This document shows, piece after piece, positions 29,331 to 42,885 of a stretch of DNA of 64,000 bases. The notes under the pieces were generated by a model. It did not search any database, had not been told where the DNA came from, and worked only from the letters and a program-made list of their open reading frames with translations. How positions within the stretch are numbered: position 1 is the stretch's first letter; every line of letters starts with the position of its first letter. A program made the translations under genes and the position numbers. Origin of the DNA: Octopus vulgaris (lineage: Eukaryota); NCBI GenBank assembly GCA_951406725.2, contig OX597838.1:22072001-22136000 (forward strand), in the 5' to 3' direction.

Positions 29331-29333
<3 letters not shown>
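28969..29333 (-). pseudogene. CR1-group LINE ORF2 C-terminus (5'-truncated insertion)
   Basis: YSLQRRRKRYIICMMWRI...GPALFN...FKRSLDRFLQGIPDKPTVPGY..NSLFEW*, typical post-RT region of invertebrate CR1-like LINEs. Confidence 0.8.
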
Positions 29334-29393
<60 letters not shown>

Positions 29394-29399
29394 TAGTGC

Positions 29400-29570
29400 T
29401 ACTTACCTCCCCGCAACTGAGCAGTTCGGCGAAAGAGAACGATAGAGCACTTTTCAGGCTTTTATAAGCAAAGTACAGGGGGTATTCTTTCATCTAAAAT
29501 TCTTCATGGCAGTTCTAAGGCATGGCCTGAGACTAATGACCGAAACCGATAAAAGATAGAAGACAGAAAG
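29400..29570 (+). mobile_element. Degenerate SINE-C 3' half
   Basis: gcagttcggcgaaagagaacgataga...gcatggcctgagactaatgaccgaaaccgataaaagata. Confidence 0.65.
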
Positions 29571-29945
29571 TTAAATAGTAGATGAAAAAAATAAATAAAT
29601 AAAAACGGGTTTCGGCCTCTAATTTACCTGGAATATATATTTTAGCTTTCTACCCGAAATGTTGGGGCTACTTGGATATAGATAACTAACAACCTCAAAA
29701 CCAGTCTTCAGAAAAAAAAGAATTCAGCAAAGCAGAAAGTATACAAGTAGATAGGTAATTTTGTTCAAAGCCATTTAATGGAACTGAGAATATATGGAAA
29801 ACGTTCTGAATATAAGCACAGCTATATAAACGCGTGTGTATATAGGACGCGTAGTTTTGCTCAGGTAACGTTGGTGCTCCTTGTACATGCACATACGATT
29901 GCATACACGCTTATATCTATACAGGTGCATATGTATGTAAGCGTA

Positions 29946-30038
<93 letters not shown>

Positions 30039-30291
30039 TTGTATGTGTACAGTAGAATGGAATTGTGACGCAATTTTACATGAAACCTAGTTATTTATAT
30101 GTGTATCAATATATCTTTATAGGTTTATATATTTATATTGAACCGGTATATATATGTGTGTGTGTATGTGTGTGAGGGAGAGAGAGAAGGAGAGAGACCG
30201 AGTGTATGTGTGTGTGTCTGTATATGTAAGTGTGTATGTCTGTATGTGCATATATGTATGCGTGTATACGTTCATGTATATATATATATAT

Positions 30292-30343
<52 letters not shown>

Positions 30344-30400
30344 TATAAATATTTATATGTACATATCTATATGTGTACATATATATATGTGTGTACATAC

Positions 30401-30432
<32 letters not shown>

Positions 30433-30585
30433 GTATATGCATATGTGTACATATGTCTGTAAGTTTTTTGTCTCTATTATGTGCGTGTATAGATATATAC
30501 ATAGATCAAATAGATGTAGAGATATATATATCTATATATATGTATGTGTGCGTGTTTGAGTCTGTATGTATATATATATATCTAC

Positions 30586-30636
<51 letters not shown>

Positions 30637-31025
30637 CATACATTATACATACATACATACACGGTAATATGATGAATAGAGAAATATATTTCCTTTCATC
30701 TCTTCCATGCAAGATAGCCACGTGACCGAACGTTTGAAATGTCTGCAGTTAACAGTCGTCGTTCCATAACCGTAGCAGTGAGACGCGATGATAGAACTCC
30801 GAGCGTATTCAGCGACGGAACATGAGAAGATGTTGCTGGAGCATAGCGACGTGTCAATGTGAACATTGATTGAAAGCAGACTTCGTGTGTTTTTCTGTGC
30901 TTATAAAATAATGACTACACGTATAGTACTCTGTGTGTGTGTGTGAGCTTGGATGTGTGTATGTGTGTGTGTGAGCTTGGATGTGAGGGTGTGTTCGGAT
31001 ATATACATATATATATATATATATA

Positions 31026-31431
31026 TTCTCTTTTACTCTTTTACTTGTTTCAGTCATTTGACCGTGGCCACACTGGAGCACCGCCTTTAGTCGAGCAAAT
31101 CGACCCCAGGGCTTATTCTCTGTAAGCCAATTACTTATTCTATTGGTCTCTCTTTTGCCGAACCGCTAAGTTACGGGGACGTAAACACACCAGCATCGGT
31201 TGTCAAGCGATGTTGGGGGGACAAACACAGACACATATACACACACATGCATATATATATATATATTTATACATACATATATACAACGGGCTTCTTTCAG
31301 TTTCCATCTACCAAATCCACTCACAGGGCTTTCGTCGGCTCGAGACACTTGCCCAAGGTGCCACGCAGTGGGACTGAACCCGGAAACATGTGGTTCGTAA
31401 GCAAGCTACTTACCACACAGCCACTCCTGCG

Positions 31432-31433
<2 letters not shown>
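31026..31433 (-). mobile_element. Full-length SINE-C (small internal deletion) in (TA)n
   Basis: Matches 19378-19788 and 46813-47298. Confidence 0.93.
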
Positions 31434-31466
<33 letters not shown>

Positions 31467-31470
31467 ATGT

Positions 31471-31870
31471 GTCTTCTTGTGGAAACTGGAACCTTTCCGT
31501 ACCTCTTTCCTGCTGTGAGCGGTGTATGGCACACTCCCGACGCCAGCAATCCTGCACAGGTGGGGGTTTGAAGGAGAACCAGCTGTATAGACTCTGTGGA
31601 GAAAGGGACACTCTGGCGCACATTTTGTCAGGGGGCAAAATATAACTCAAGAGTGATATAAGTGGCCCCGTGGTAAGGTGCTTGCAACATGCTCACACTC
31701 ATAATAGGACAGAAACAGTAGTAGTTAAGTTCGAGAAAGTTGGAGAGGGGGCAGTAAGGACAGGAAAAAAAGGTACACAGCTTACTGCATAGACCCCAGT
31801 GATGGGATATGAAATTGGTACCAGGAGAGAAACTCCAGTTTCCAAATGTCGTTCATACAACCCTCCGCCA
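31471..31870 (+). pseudogene. RLE-type non-LTR retrotransposon fragment (HERO/NeSL-like), zinc-knuckle region
   Basis: LWKLEPFRTSFLL*AVYGTLPTPAILHRWG, RLCGERDTLAHILSG and WDMKLVPGEKLQFPNVVHTTLR, in the order found just upstream of the RPD motif of restriction-like endonucleases. Confidence 0.75.
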
Positions 31871-32151
31871 CGCGGGCCCATCGAACAGCTTTGATCCCCT
31901 CGTTTCTTAGAGCACGCGCCTTAGCTCTGACAATGCAACTTTCATGTCTCGCATTGAAGAACTAGTCTAATGCCAGTCTCGCTGCGAGCACGTCGGTTGC
32001 AATGCCACTATAAATAGTCTTGTCTAGTTGAACTATTAACCACTCCTCCTTTCTGTTTCACTAACTCTACTTCTTTGCTAAAACCTATCCATATTACTCT
32101 AATATCTCTTTTGAGAGCTGCCCACCACCCGTTGTTGACGACCTATCAAGT

Positions 32152-32452
32152 TTGTTCCTTCTCGAGCCACGCCCGGCTCATTAGGGCCGGTTTCCCGGTT
32201 TCCGTGGCGTATAGGTTCCCCACCTGGACGGGACGCCGGTCCGTCGCAGGTGAGCTGCAAGATGCAGGAGGAAAGAGTGAGAGAAAGCTGTGGCGAAAGA
32301 GTCAGCAGAAGTTTCGGCATTACATTCTGCCGGAGCCGCGTGGAGCTTAGGTGTTTCGCTCATAAATACACACAGCGCCCGGTCTGAGATTCGTACCCGC
32401 GATCCCTCGACCGCGAGTCCGCTGCTCTAACCACTAGGCCATGTGCCTCTAC
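32152..32452 (-). mobile_element. SINE-B-related element with tail type 3
   Basis: Head gaggcacatggcctagtggttagagcagcggactcgcggtcg; tail cctgcgacggaccggcgtcccgtccagg...ggaaaccgggaaaccggcc; possible TSD tatcaagt/tgtcaagt. Confidence 0.88.
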
Positions 32453-32594
32453 TGTCAAGTACTTAACTAAATTGTTGACCCGATCCTTGTAAGCCTTACG
32501 TGCCCGAAACGACATGTCAGCTCCTAATCCCGGGTCCTAAGCTACGCGTCTTATGTAGATCGATCGTACAGGTTACAAACTTATGAACTGAATA

Positions 32595-33075
32595 AGGTGA
32601 CCATTTTAAAAAATGGACATCCTACACTATTACTATCTATTTTCCTAATGAAAACCCTATCTATATACGATCTAGATGACCCTGAGCGGATGGTCCAGGT
32701 CAACACTGGCGCATTAGGGAAATCTCATCGGTACCTGTCAGACTGTTGGAACTGGCTGATCAGGTGCTTCAGGCTTTTGCACCCCACTCTTCTATCAGAT
32801 ACTTCCACACAATCCAAACTTTGGTCCAAGATTCCGTTCCAGTCCCCCACTAACAGTAAAGGGCGAGGCGTACCTAGAAAGGCTTCGAGACGCGTAAAGA
32901 AATCCGGTCGTTTGGCTCCGGTCGCGGTGTAGATGTCCACCAGTCTAAGGACATGACTTTCACTATTGCTCACGTCCAGGACCATCAGCTTCCGGTCCAG
33001 GTTCCAGAAGATCGAACTTACCTCAAGATCCAGTTCTTTCATATACAGCACTGCCACTCCACCGGCCGACTAACA
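32595..33075 (-). pseudogene. Tx1/L1-group LINE apurinic-type endonuclease domain fragment
   Basis: GGVAVLY..LRLVDIY..LLLVGDWNGILD..DRYR*DFPNAPVLTW..SRSYIDRVFIR (GDxN and xIDR motifs). Confidence 0.82.
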
Positions 33076-33089
33076 TGCAAAGATATGAT

Positions 33090-33375
33090 AGTCGTCAAAC
33101 ATGGTGCTGTATTGTTTGCCCCTCTATATGCACTTGTTGTCATCTTTGATGCATCTCAGCACCGCTTCAATATCTGCTTGGGCTATTAAAGCCGTTCTTT
33201 TCGTCTTTGCTGAGATGCATCTGAAAAGCACCATTCTTTTTCCCACTGCTTCAAGTGCCTCTGATGGAATAGTCAAGTTGTCTCAGGTTTCTTCTTATTT
33301 AATCAGTTTCCATGCCTGGTTCAACATTTCATCTCTATTTGGGAAGTCCGCGGCGAAGCATTGCTTTTTTGTTTT
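33090..33375 (-). pseudogene. Possible ORF1 N-terminal remnant of the same LINE
   Basis: Complex coding-like sequence with stops (EALEAVGKRMVLFRCISAKTKRTALIAQADIEAVL), same strand and immediately upstream of the endonuclease fragment. Confidence 0.35.
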
Positions 33376-33971
33376 TTGTCGCTCCTGCTGCGGCGAACGG
33401 GTTTTGTTGTTCTAATTGTCAAGAATGTTGGTAATGCTCTCATTGTTGTCATTGTTGTTGCTGTCGTTGCTGCTGCTGCTGCTGCTGCTGCTGCTACAGT
33501 TGTTGTTGTTGCTACCACTACTACCAGTGCTGCTACGACTGTTGCCGTTACTGCCACTACTGCTGTTAACTACGAGGTAGACTTTGTACTCTTGCGGTTC
33601 CGTTTTTCTTCTCCCTATCTTCTGTATTGTTGCCAGTAACGGAGGGAAGGGGAGGGAAACCGTCAGCAGTCACCAGATTCGTGGCAGAGGCCGTCTGCTT
33701 TTCTCTCAACCCTTTCAAGACGCGCTCCAACATCACGTTGAGTTGTGTTTCACTAAATTAAATTAAACGCCCACCGAACTTATTTAGTGGACCGAATATA
33801 GCCCCTCGAGGGGCCTAAAGAACCACATAAACCTAGAAACAGGTTCCTTGTGTATCTATTGACAAGTTGGAATTTAAAAAATAATACAAAAATGCACCAA
33901 ACCTGTGTAAAAAAAAGTTTTAAACTGCACCAACCCGAAGCGTTTCAAAACACATCCTATGTATTCCGCAG

Positions 33972-34475
<504 letters not shown>

Positions 34476-34785
34476 TGTGCGTGTGTGCATTATATAGTTA
34501 TGCTTTGAAATAACTATATCTAGTCCTCTATGCATCTAGCTATGTACCTGTATCTATCTATCTATGAATGTTAATGCATGTTTAGACACACACACACATA
34601 TATATATATGTATAGAGATGTATGTATGTATGCACGAACGCACATACACACTCACACGTACATATGTGTGTATATATATATATACGTATATATGTATGTA
34701 TATATATATATATATATATATTTATGCATACCTATATACATATAATATATATACATGTGCATATATATATATATGCTTATATATG

Positions 34786-34816
<31 letters not shown>

Positions 34817-34853
34817 GTATATATATATATGTATATATATATGCATATATATG

Positions 34854-34920
<67 letters not shown>

Positions 34921-35580
34921 GTACGTTTGTATGCATGTATATATAGATATATTATATATATGTATATATATATATACATATACATATATATTATATATAT
35001 GTATATATATATACATATACATATATATATAGGCGTGTGTATATATATGTATATATATATGCACGCACACGCACACACACACATGCATGTATCTACTTTT
35101 CTTTCAAATTGTATCCATGTTTGTGTGCGTGAATGCGCATGCTGCGAATCGCTATGCTGCCGTATTAAACACATGTACTATTCCGAGACATTTTTTCCTA
35201 TAAACATTAACATTCTTTGATGTCATACTAATCTCTCAAGCAACGTATTAATTTTTATATATTTTGGTTTTGGTTTTTGTTGTCACATTTTTACTTTCTC
35301 ATGCAACCCCTCCACACCACACACGACTCCACACACACACACACACACACGCGCGCATGCATAGATGCTCTGCACACATGGCCACACACGTTTGAACATT
35401 CAAATAATCACAAGACACATATGTGTATATATACATGTGTATCCATCCATTTATGGCATATCTTTTATTAATCATCACAGCATAGATATTTGTGCACAAA
35501 ATTTACGTAATACATAGAGCACTTAGAAATATACCTGTAAGGAACTGAAGTGATTCAAAATGGTAATATGAAATTTCTGT

Positions 35581-35964
35581 GGGCGCAGAAGTGGCTGTGT
35601 GGTAAGTAGCCATAGGCGCAGAAGTGGCTGTGTGGTGGTAAGTAGCTTGCTTACCAACCACATGGTTCCGGGTTCATTCCCACCGCGTGGCATCCTTCGG
35701 CAAGTGTCTTCTACTATAGCCTCGGGCCGACCACAGCTTTGTGAGTGGATTTGGTAGACGGAAACTGAAAGAAGCCCGTCGTGTGTGTGTGCGTGTGTGT
35801 ATATGTGTGTTTGAGTTTGTTTCGCCACCATCACTTGACGACCGATGTTGGTGCGTTTATGACCCCGTACTGTAGCGGTTCGGCATAAGAGCGCGATAGG
35901 ATAAGTACTAGGCTTACAAAGAATAAGTCCTGGGGTCGATTTGCTCGACTAAAGCCAGTACTCC
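35581..35964 (+). mobile_element. SINE-C with duplicated 5' head, 3'-truncated
   Basis: ggcgcagaagtggctgtgtggt occurs twice, at 35582 and 35615. Confidence 0.92.
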
Positions 35965-36299
35965 ATATATATGTATATATATAATTAATAATATCAGGGT
36001 AATAAAAATTTTAGAAATTCTTTGCTACCAGTGGCCTAGCGCGTAGAAAAATTAGTCAATATACACTATATATTATTCATATAAATACAGTGTACATTTA
36101 AACACGTAAGAGGTATCCGTCATAAGATTCCTGGCACGCTAGAAGGAACAGCCAAAATCCAAACCACTATTAGGGATAAAACTTCGAAGGGAATGAAAAA
36201 TAAAAAAACATTTACCATCTAGCTCCTGGACCATGGTTTCTGATTTTTTTTAGCAAATTATTTTATCATTTTATTTGCAAATATACACACATACGTATA

Positions 36300-36465
36300 T
36301 ATATACGACGGGCTTCTTTCGGTTTTCCTCTATCAAATCTACTCACAAGTCCTTGGGCGCCACGAGGCTTTAGTAGAAGACATTTGCCCTGTGTGCCACG
36401 CAGTGGGACTGAATCCCCGAACCATGTGGTTGAGAAGCAAATTTCCTAACACTCAGCCACACCTA
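36300..36465 (-). mobile_element. SINE-C 5' half
   Basis: acgacgggcttctttc...gtgccacgcagtgggactgaatc...accatgtggttg. Confidence 0.85.
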
Positions 36466-36499
36466 TACACACACAGCCACACACACATATATATGTATA

Positions 36500-36540
<41 letters not shown>

Positions 36541-36544
<4 letters not shown>

Positions 36545-36735
36545 AATCCCCCCAAAAAAACGAAGAGCTAACACAAGAAAACAACAGTGCGACGGCGTGG
36601 TACATGTAAAGTATTAATAAGACGCTCAAGGAAGGAAAGAAAGGTTGTTTAACGTTTCGAGCAAAAACTCTTCTTCAGAAACAGAAGACAGAGAGGAAAG
36701 ACCAAGAGAAAAGGAAGACGGAGGAAAAATAAACG
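36541..36735 (-). mobile_element. Penelope-like 3' end ending in (TA)n
   Basis: Reverse complement is collinear with 14872-15051; carries a hammerhead motif. Confidence 0.6.
36647..36682 (-). ncRNA. Minimal type I hammerhead ribozyme-like motif
   Basis: gttt-CTGAAGA-a-GAGT tttt GCTC-GAAAC-GTT-aaac: stem I gttt/aaac, stem II with one G-U pair, palindromic AACGTT stem III. Confidence 0.6.
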
Positions 36736-37439
36736 CCAGCGATTCACATGCGGTTACATTCTGCATATACATGTGTGTGCCCGTGTATGTATATGGATGT
36801 ATGTATGTATGCATGTATATACGTATGTATGTATGTATATATGCACACACACAAACGCACGCACACACACACACACACACATACATATGCCTCTGTGTAT
36901 CTAAGAGTATCGGTGTTTGTTCGTATGCGCTTGTGTGTCAGATAAGGAAATTATTGCTGGTGATTAGTCACCAAACGCGCTGTTCTATTTTTTTTCTGCT
37001 TTAATAAATTATTTATTTCATGACTGAGAAAATTAAGTTAGTGACCCTGCTTGGGAATGTCGCAGCTACAACAACGTTATCAACTGATTAACACCTTCGT
37101 TGCTCACGAAATTTCCTTCTGCCTATGCAACCCTCTTTTTCTTTCTCTCTCCCCTTGAGTATATCTGTGAGTGTGTGTGTGTGAGTGAGTGTCTGTGTGT
37201 GTATTCGAGTGTGTATGCATATGTGTATGAGTGGGTGTATACACACCGTATTTAATTAGTGTGAAACAACATATATATACATATATATATATATGTGTGT
37301 GTGTGTGTATATTATATACATGCTTATGTAAGTATATGTCTGTTCATATATATATATATATATAATGTATATGCACGTTTATGTATAGAAGTGGATGTAC
37401 ATATACATATAGATATATATATACATATGTATATATCTC

Positions 37440-37474
<35 letters not shown>

Positions 37475-37523
37475 ATATACGGTAAATTCAATTAACGAGA
37501 CGCATGCAGTATATATATATATA

Positions 37524-37574
<51 letters not shown>

Positions 37575-37658
37575 CATATATACATATGCTCATGCATATA
37601 CCAGTACATTCATACATGGATATATACATATGCACACAGGCACATGCATGTATGTATA

Positions 37659-37694
<36 letters not shown>

Positions 37695-38366
37695 CCCTTA
37701 TCATACCCTATCCTCACCAACACAATATCATTAAAAAGCACCACTACTAATACAACTCTCCGTTACTACCACCAAGATGAATGCCATCAGGACCAATGCT
37801 AATGCCAACAATGCCAACGCCATCACTTTAGCCATCACCTTGATCATCACCATGAACACCGCCTCCACCGAGAGCTACACAACAGCATTGACACATATAA
37901 TATCTATGAGTCTTTTTGCGTCGAGCGTACGGTAACCAAACGCTCAAAGTTCATGCTTGATTGAAAAGACGGCCATGCGAAATTGGTTTTATTTCTCTGT
38001 GGAATGGTAAAGTCGTTATTAACGGATAAACCGAGACAAGCAGGAAGTGTCAAAGCAATTCTATCGTCACCTTTTGAATCTGTTTCTTTAAATCTTTCTT
38101 TCATTTTTAGTAGAGGTCGTATCGTGGATTGTCGTGTGTTATTTTTCTTTCTTCTGCTGGTTGCAGAACTGTGTGTGGAACAAGTTTTGGAGCGTTTCGC
38201 CTGAAATGCTTTATTATACGAATTATCGAAACGGTCTCTACTTTAATTTTCCTAGTTCAAATCCTACCAACAGCGGTTGTACTCTTCAATATAATCCTGG
38301 TCCTTGATCCTTTGCATCGTTTTGAAGTTTGACATTGTTATAATTGTCGTTATTGTTGATGTTGTT

Positions 38367-38796
38367 TATTTTAGATTTTTTTTTCTTTTTCTGTTAATTA
38401 TGGAAAATAAGTCTTTCAACTGACATAGAAACACAGCAATACTGAGATTTTATATTTTGCATCCCCATCCCTTATTAGATTAAATACCCCATTTAATATG
38501 CCAAGGCATTCAATAACATTATGTAATAATTTGTTTTTGTTTTGGTCAGTAAGTGTTGTTTCCTATTTGCTTCTATCTAGAAACCAAAGGGAATGACTAT
38601 TATTCCCTTCAAACTTTGCTCTTGTCACCTGGACATCAATATTTTAAAATTTACCTATTTTCCATTACATTTCAGACAGATTCAGTGCTGAGTTGCTGAA
38701 GCAGAAATATCGTTATAGCAAACATTCTGCTCAATACCACAGATTTACTTGTCAGTTGCTTGACCATAACCACTTCAGCATGTCCCTTGGCTGATG
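38367..38796 (+). repeat. Unclassified interspersed repeat, copy 1
   Basis: About 430 bp collinear with 42366-42800 (gacatagaaacacagcaatactgagattttatattttgcatccccatccc...ctcaataccacagattt). Confidence 0.88.
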
Positions 38797-38879
38797 TTCT
38801 TTTTGTTGTTGCTATAATAGCTGTATTTTTTTTATTATCATTGCTGTTGCGTAAGCATGTGGCTTAGTGGTTAGTGAGT

Positions 38880-39040
38880 TGGACCCTGTAAGCTAGCGGT
38901 CCGACAAAAGAGACCGATAAAATAAGTACCAAGATTTTTAAAAAATTAACCCTGGGGTCAATATGTACGACTAAACCCATTCTTCAAAGCGGTGCTCCAG
39001 TTTGGCCGCGGTCAAGAATAACTGAAACAGGTGAAATATA
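38880..39040 (+). mobile_element. SINE-C 3' half
   Basis: agcggtccgacaaaagagaccgataaaataagtacc...ctggggtcaat...ggtgctccagtttggccgcggtc. Confidence 0.8.
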
Positions 39041-39050
39041 AATAAAATAA

Positions 39051-39118
<68 letters not shown>

Positions 39119-39353
39119 GTATATATAAATATATATATACATAAATATATATATACATATAACATACATACATATATATATATGTATGTGTCTGCGTGTG
39201 TGTATGTGTATACACACACACCCATATACAGTTATGAGCTTTGACGTATTTTAGCTCTTATTTCTAAGAATGTGTTTCTAACACCTTAGTCATATGTGTG
39301 TGTGTGTGTGTGTGTGTATGTCTGCTGTGTATGTGTGATCGTGTGTTGAAGTG

Positions 39354-39388
<35 letters not shown>

Positions 39389-39640
39389 CGCATATATCAT
39401 AATTATATAAATAATTATATATGTGAATTTATTCAGGCATATACGGTGGGTTGATTATGATTGACAATTCCTAATTGCTACCTACACTTCTTAACGATAA
39501 TTACGATAAGTGTGTATCTTTAATCTATGAGCTAATTAACTTTAATATCCTTTCACATAAATTAGTAAAACGATGTCCACAAATGTATACTCTGGTCCGC
39601 CCTACATTACAGTAATAGTTAAATTATTATCTTGAACATT

Positions 39641-39900
39641 AGGTGTAGGAGTGGCTGTGTGGTAAGTAGCTTGCTAACCAACCACATGGTTCCGGGTTCA
39701 GTCTCACTGCGTGGCACCTTGGGCAAGTGTATTCTACTATAGCCTCGGGCCGACCAAAGCCTTGTAAGGGGATTTGGTAGATGGAAACTGAAAGAAGCTC
39801 GTCGTATATATTTATATATATATATGTATATATATTTATATGTATGTATGTGTGTGTGTATATATGTTCGTGTTTCTGTGTTTGACAACCGATGCTGGTT
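39641..39900 (+). mobile_element. SINE-C 5' two-thirds
   Basis: aggagtggctgtgtggtaagtagcttgc...gacaaccgatgctgg. Confidence 0.92.
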
Positions 39901-39902
39901 GT

Positions 39903-40022
39903 CTCGTGGAGCTTTAGGTATTTTCGCTCAATAAACACTTACAACGCCCGGTCTGGGAATCGAAACCGCGATCCTACAACCGCGAGTCCGCTGTTCTAAC
40001 CACTGGGCCATTGCGCCTCCAC
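39903..40022 (-). mobile_element. SINE-B head fragment fused to the convergent SINE-C
   Basis: ctcgtggagctttagg...gggaatcgaaaccgcgatcc...ccactgggccattgcgcctccac. Confidence 0.92.
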
Positions 40023-40029
40023 AGAAGGA

Positions 40030-40357
40030 ATTATAAAGCGAGTTTTTAAACATAGAATCGTTATGGGGGGTGCGGTTCACCTGAATAAAATAATAATCAG
40101 AGGGATCGATAGATAAAAAAATGGTTGGGAACCGCTATTTTATATGTCTGTATTTTTATGTATTGCAAGAAACAGCTAGGCTTTTTTTTTCTCCAGCATT
40201 TTACATAGTTCAACGTACACAAGGGAATGTGTAAAAAGCCAAATAGGGATTTTGAAAGAAATTTCTATGAAAATTGTTTTTAAACAACCGAATATGGTTA
40301 CGGAGGACCGCCAGAATAAAATAGCAATTAAAGGGGTCAATGAATAAAAAATGGTCT
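40030..40357 (+). mobile_element. Two 3' fragments of the hAT-like MITE
   Basis: gtttttaaaca...gaataaaata...atagataaaaaaatggttgggaacc (40030-40135) and a second variant (40150-40357); homologous to 13119-13212. Confidence 0.6.
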
Positions 40358-40544
40358 ATATTGTTGACTGATTTAGTCCACTTAAACACAATAATGAATT
40401 TCTACTATTTATGAAGTATTTCTTGTACAAACTGGTTTGAATCTGAACTCAGAACGCGCTAACGATTCCGCCAGCTCGCTAACTTACGTATAAAATAAAT
40501 AATATTTCCATTAGTATCCATTATTTTCCTATTTAGAAACCCCC

Positions 40545-40615
<71 letters not shown>

Positions 40616-41469
40616 ATATATCTATATTATTTATTATTTATGTATTGGTTTATGTCTATCACTGTTTGAGTTGCATAATAGTGGTTTTATCTCTAATTCA
40701 TATTATATATATATATATATAAATATATATATATATGTATATGAAACAGTGACCAGGAAATATCACTTAGTGAAATGCATAATGATTATGATAAGGTTAG
40801 CAATATGAATTAGATTCCAGGAAATTCTATTAAATTAATCATCGCAAATGCAGGCAGATAATGAGCAAAAAAGTTTTGCAATGAATGACTACAGGAAAAC
40901 TTTTCTTTAGTCATTAAAGAAGCTGACAGGGGAGCCATTGTAACAATAGACAAGACCCATTACGAGGAAATGGTCTGGGAACAACTAAATGACTAGCATT
41001 TCTATGAAAAGTTAGAAACCAATTCCAATAAAACAATGAGGAAAATTGGTAAATTAAAGGAGAAATTTTTAAAAAAAGCAATTTAATGGAAAACGTGTTG
41101 GATTACTTCCTGAATTTTGAGGTGAAAACAGATAACGTTTATAGAGAACTGAAAATTCATAAATCTAATGAAATCTATAACAGCTTAAAGGGCCTCCATT
41201 CACCATGTGTAAAGATTTAAGATTCTCAAGACGTATGATTAAAATTACAGCCAATTGTTGCTAGACAATTATGTAAATTTATTCCTGGTTTCATTAAAGG
41301 TGACATGAGCGCTCTAAAGCATGCTCCAAGAAGAGGAAATATGGAGACAAATAGGGAGACCAAAGGTTAGTTTCGATGTGACCAGCCTCTACACAAATAA
41401 GGACTAGGGTTAGAAGCAGTAGAATTCAGAAGACCTTTCCGAAAGAATTTATTCTAAAATTAGAAAATA

Positions 41470-41863
41470 CGGACGGAACGGAAGCACTCCGTCGGTTACG
41501 ACGATGAGGGTTCCGGTTGATTCGAATCAACGGAACAGCCTGCTCGTGAAATTAACGTGTACGTGACTGAGCACTCCACAGACACGTGCACCCTTAACGT
41601 AGTTCTCGGGGATATTCAGCGTGACACAGAGAGTGACAAGGCCGGCCCCTTGAAATACAGGTACAACAGAAACAGGAAGTAAGAGTGAGAGAAAGTCGTG
41701 GTAAAAGAGTACAGCAGGGATCACCACCATCCCCTGCCGGAGCCTCGTGGAGCTTTAGGTGTTTTCGCTCAATAAACACTCACAACGCCCGGTCTGGGAA
41801 TCGAAACCGCGATCCTATGACCGCGAGTCCGCTGCCCTAACCACTGGGCCATTGCGCCTCCAC
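41470..41863 (-). mobile_element. Full-length young SINE-B (tail type 1) with an 11-bp TSD
   Basis: TSD attagaaaata at 41459-41469 and 41864-41874; 3' end ttccgttccgtccg. Confidence 0.96.
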
Positions 41864-42365
41864 ATTAGAAAATAACTACTTCTTTGATAAACAATATCAA
41901 ATTTACATGAACGGTATGACAATTGGCATGAAAATTTCGATTAATTTCGGTGTGACCAGCCTCTACACAAATAACGACTGGGGTTCAAGCAGTAGAATTC
42001 TGAATGGACAAATACCTCCAAAAAGCTCAGAAGAACCTTCTGAAAGAATTTATTCTGAGATTAGAAAATGACTACTTCTTTGATAAACAATATCAAATTT
42101 ACATGAACGGTACTGCAATTGGCACGAAAGCTTTACCCACGTTTGTAACGCTAGTAATAGGATAACTTAGAGAAGCATCTATGGCCGTCCCGGGATCAAC
42201 ATTCCTCATCCTGTTTACAAAAGACTGGAAAAGAGTCCTGGAAGACTGATTCATATTTTGAACAGAAATAAGGAGGATCTTACAAGATTCATTAGATTAA
42301 TATATAGCATTCATGAAACACTCCCATTCACTTTGGAAATGAATGAAACGGAACTTCCTTTTGTT

Positions 42366-42885
42366 TTATTTCAGATTTTTTCTCTTTTTTCTGTTAATTA
42401 TGGAAACTAAGAGTCTTTCAACCGACATAGAAACACAGCAATACTGAGATTTTATATTTTGCATCCCCATCCCATATTGAATTAAATACCCCATTTAATA
42501 TGCCAAGGCATTCAATAAAAATATGTAATAATTTGTTTCTGTTTTTGGTCTGTAAGAGTTATTTCCTATTTGCTTCTATTAGGAAATCAAAGGAAATTAC
42601 TACTATTCCTTCCAAACTTTGCTTTTGTCACCTGGACATTGATATTTCGAAACTGGCCTATTTTCCATTACATTTCAGACAGATTCAGCAGAGAGTTGCT
42701 GAAGCAGAAATATTGTTATAGCAAATATTCTGTTCAATACCACAGATTTGCTTGTCAGTTGCTTGACCTTAACCACTTGAGCCTATCTCTTAGTGGCTGA
42801 CAATATATGCACCTCTAATGATGAGCAGGAGTTGAGGGAAAGCATCGTAACTATGTGTCGAGGGGGATTCTTTGGAGTTTTAATA
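42366..42885 (+). repeat. Unclassified interspersed repeat, copy 2, inside the PLE fossil
   Basis: Collinear with 38367-38796. Confidence 0.88.
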
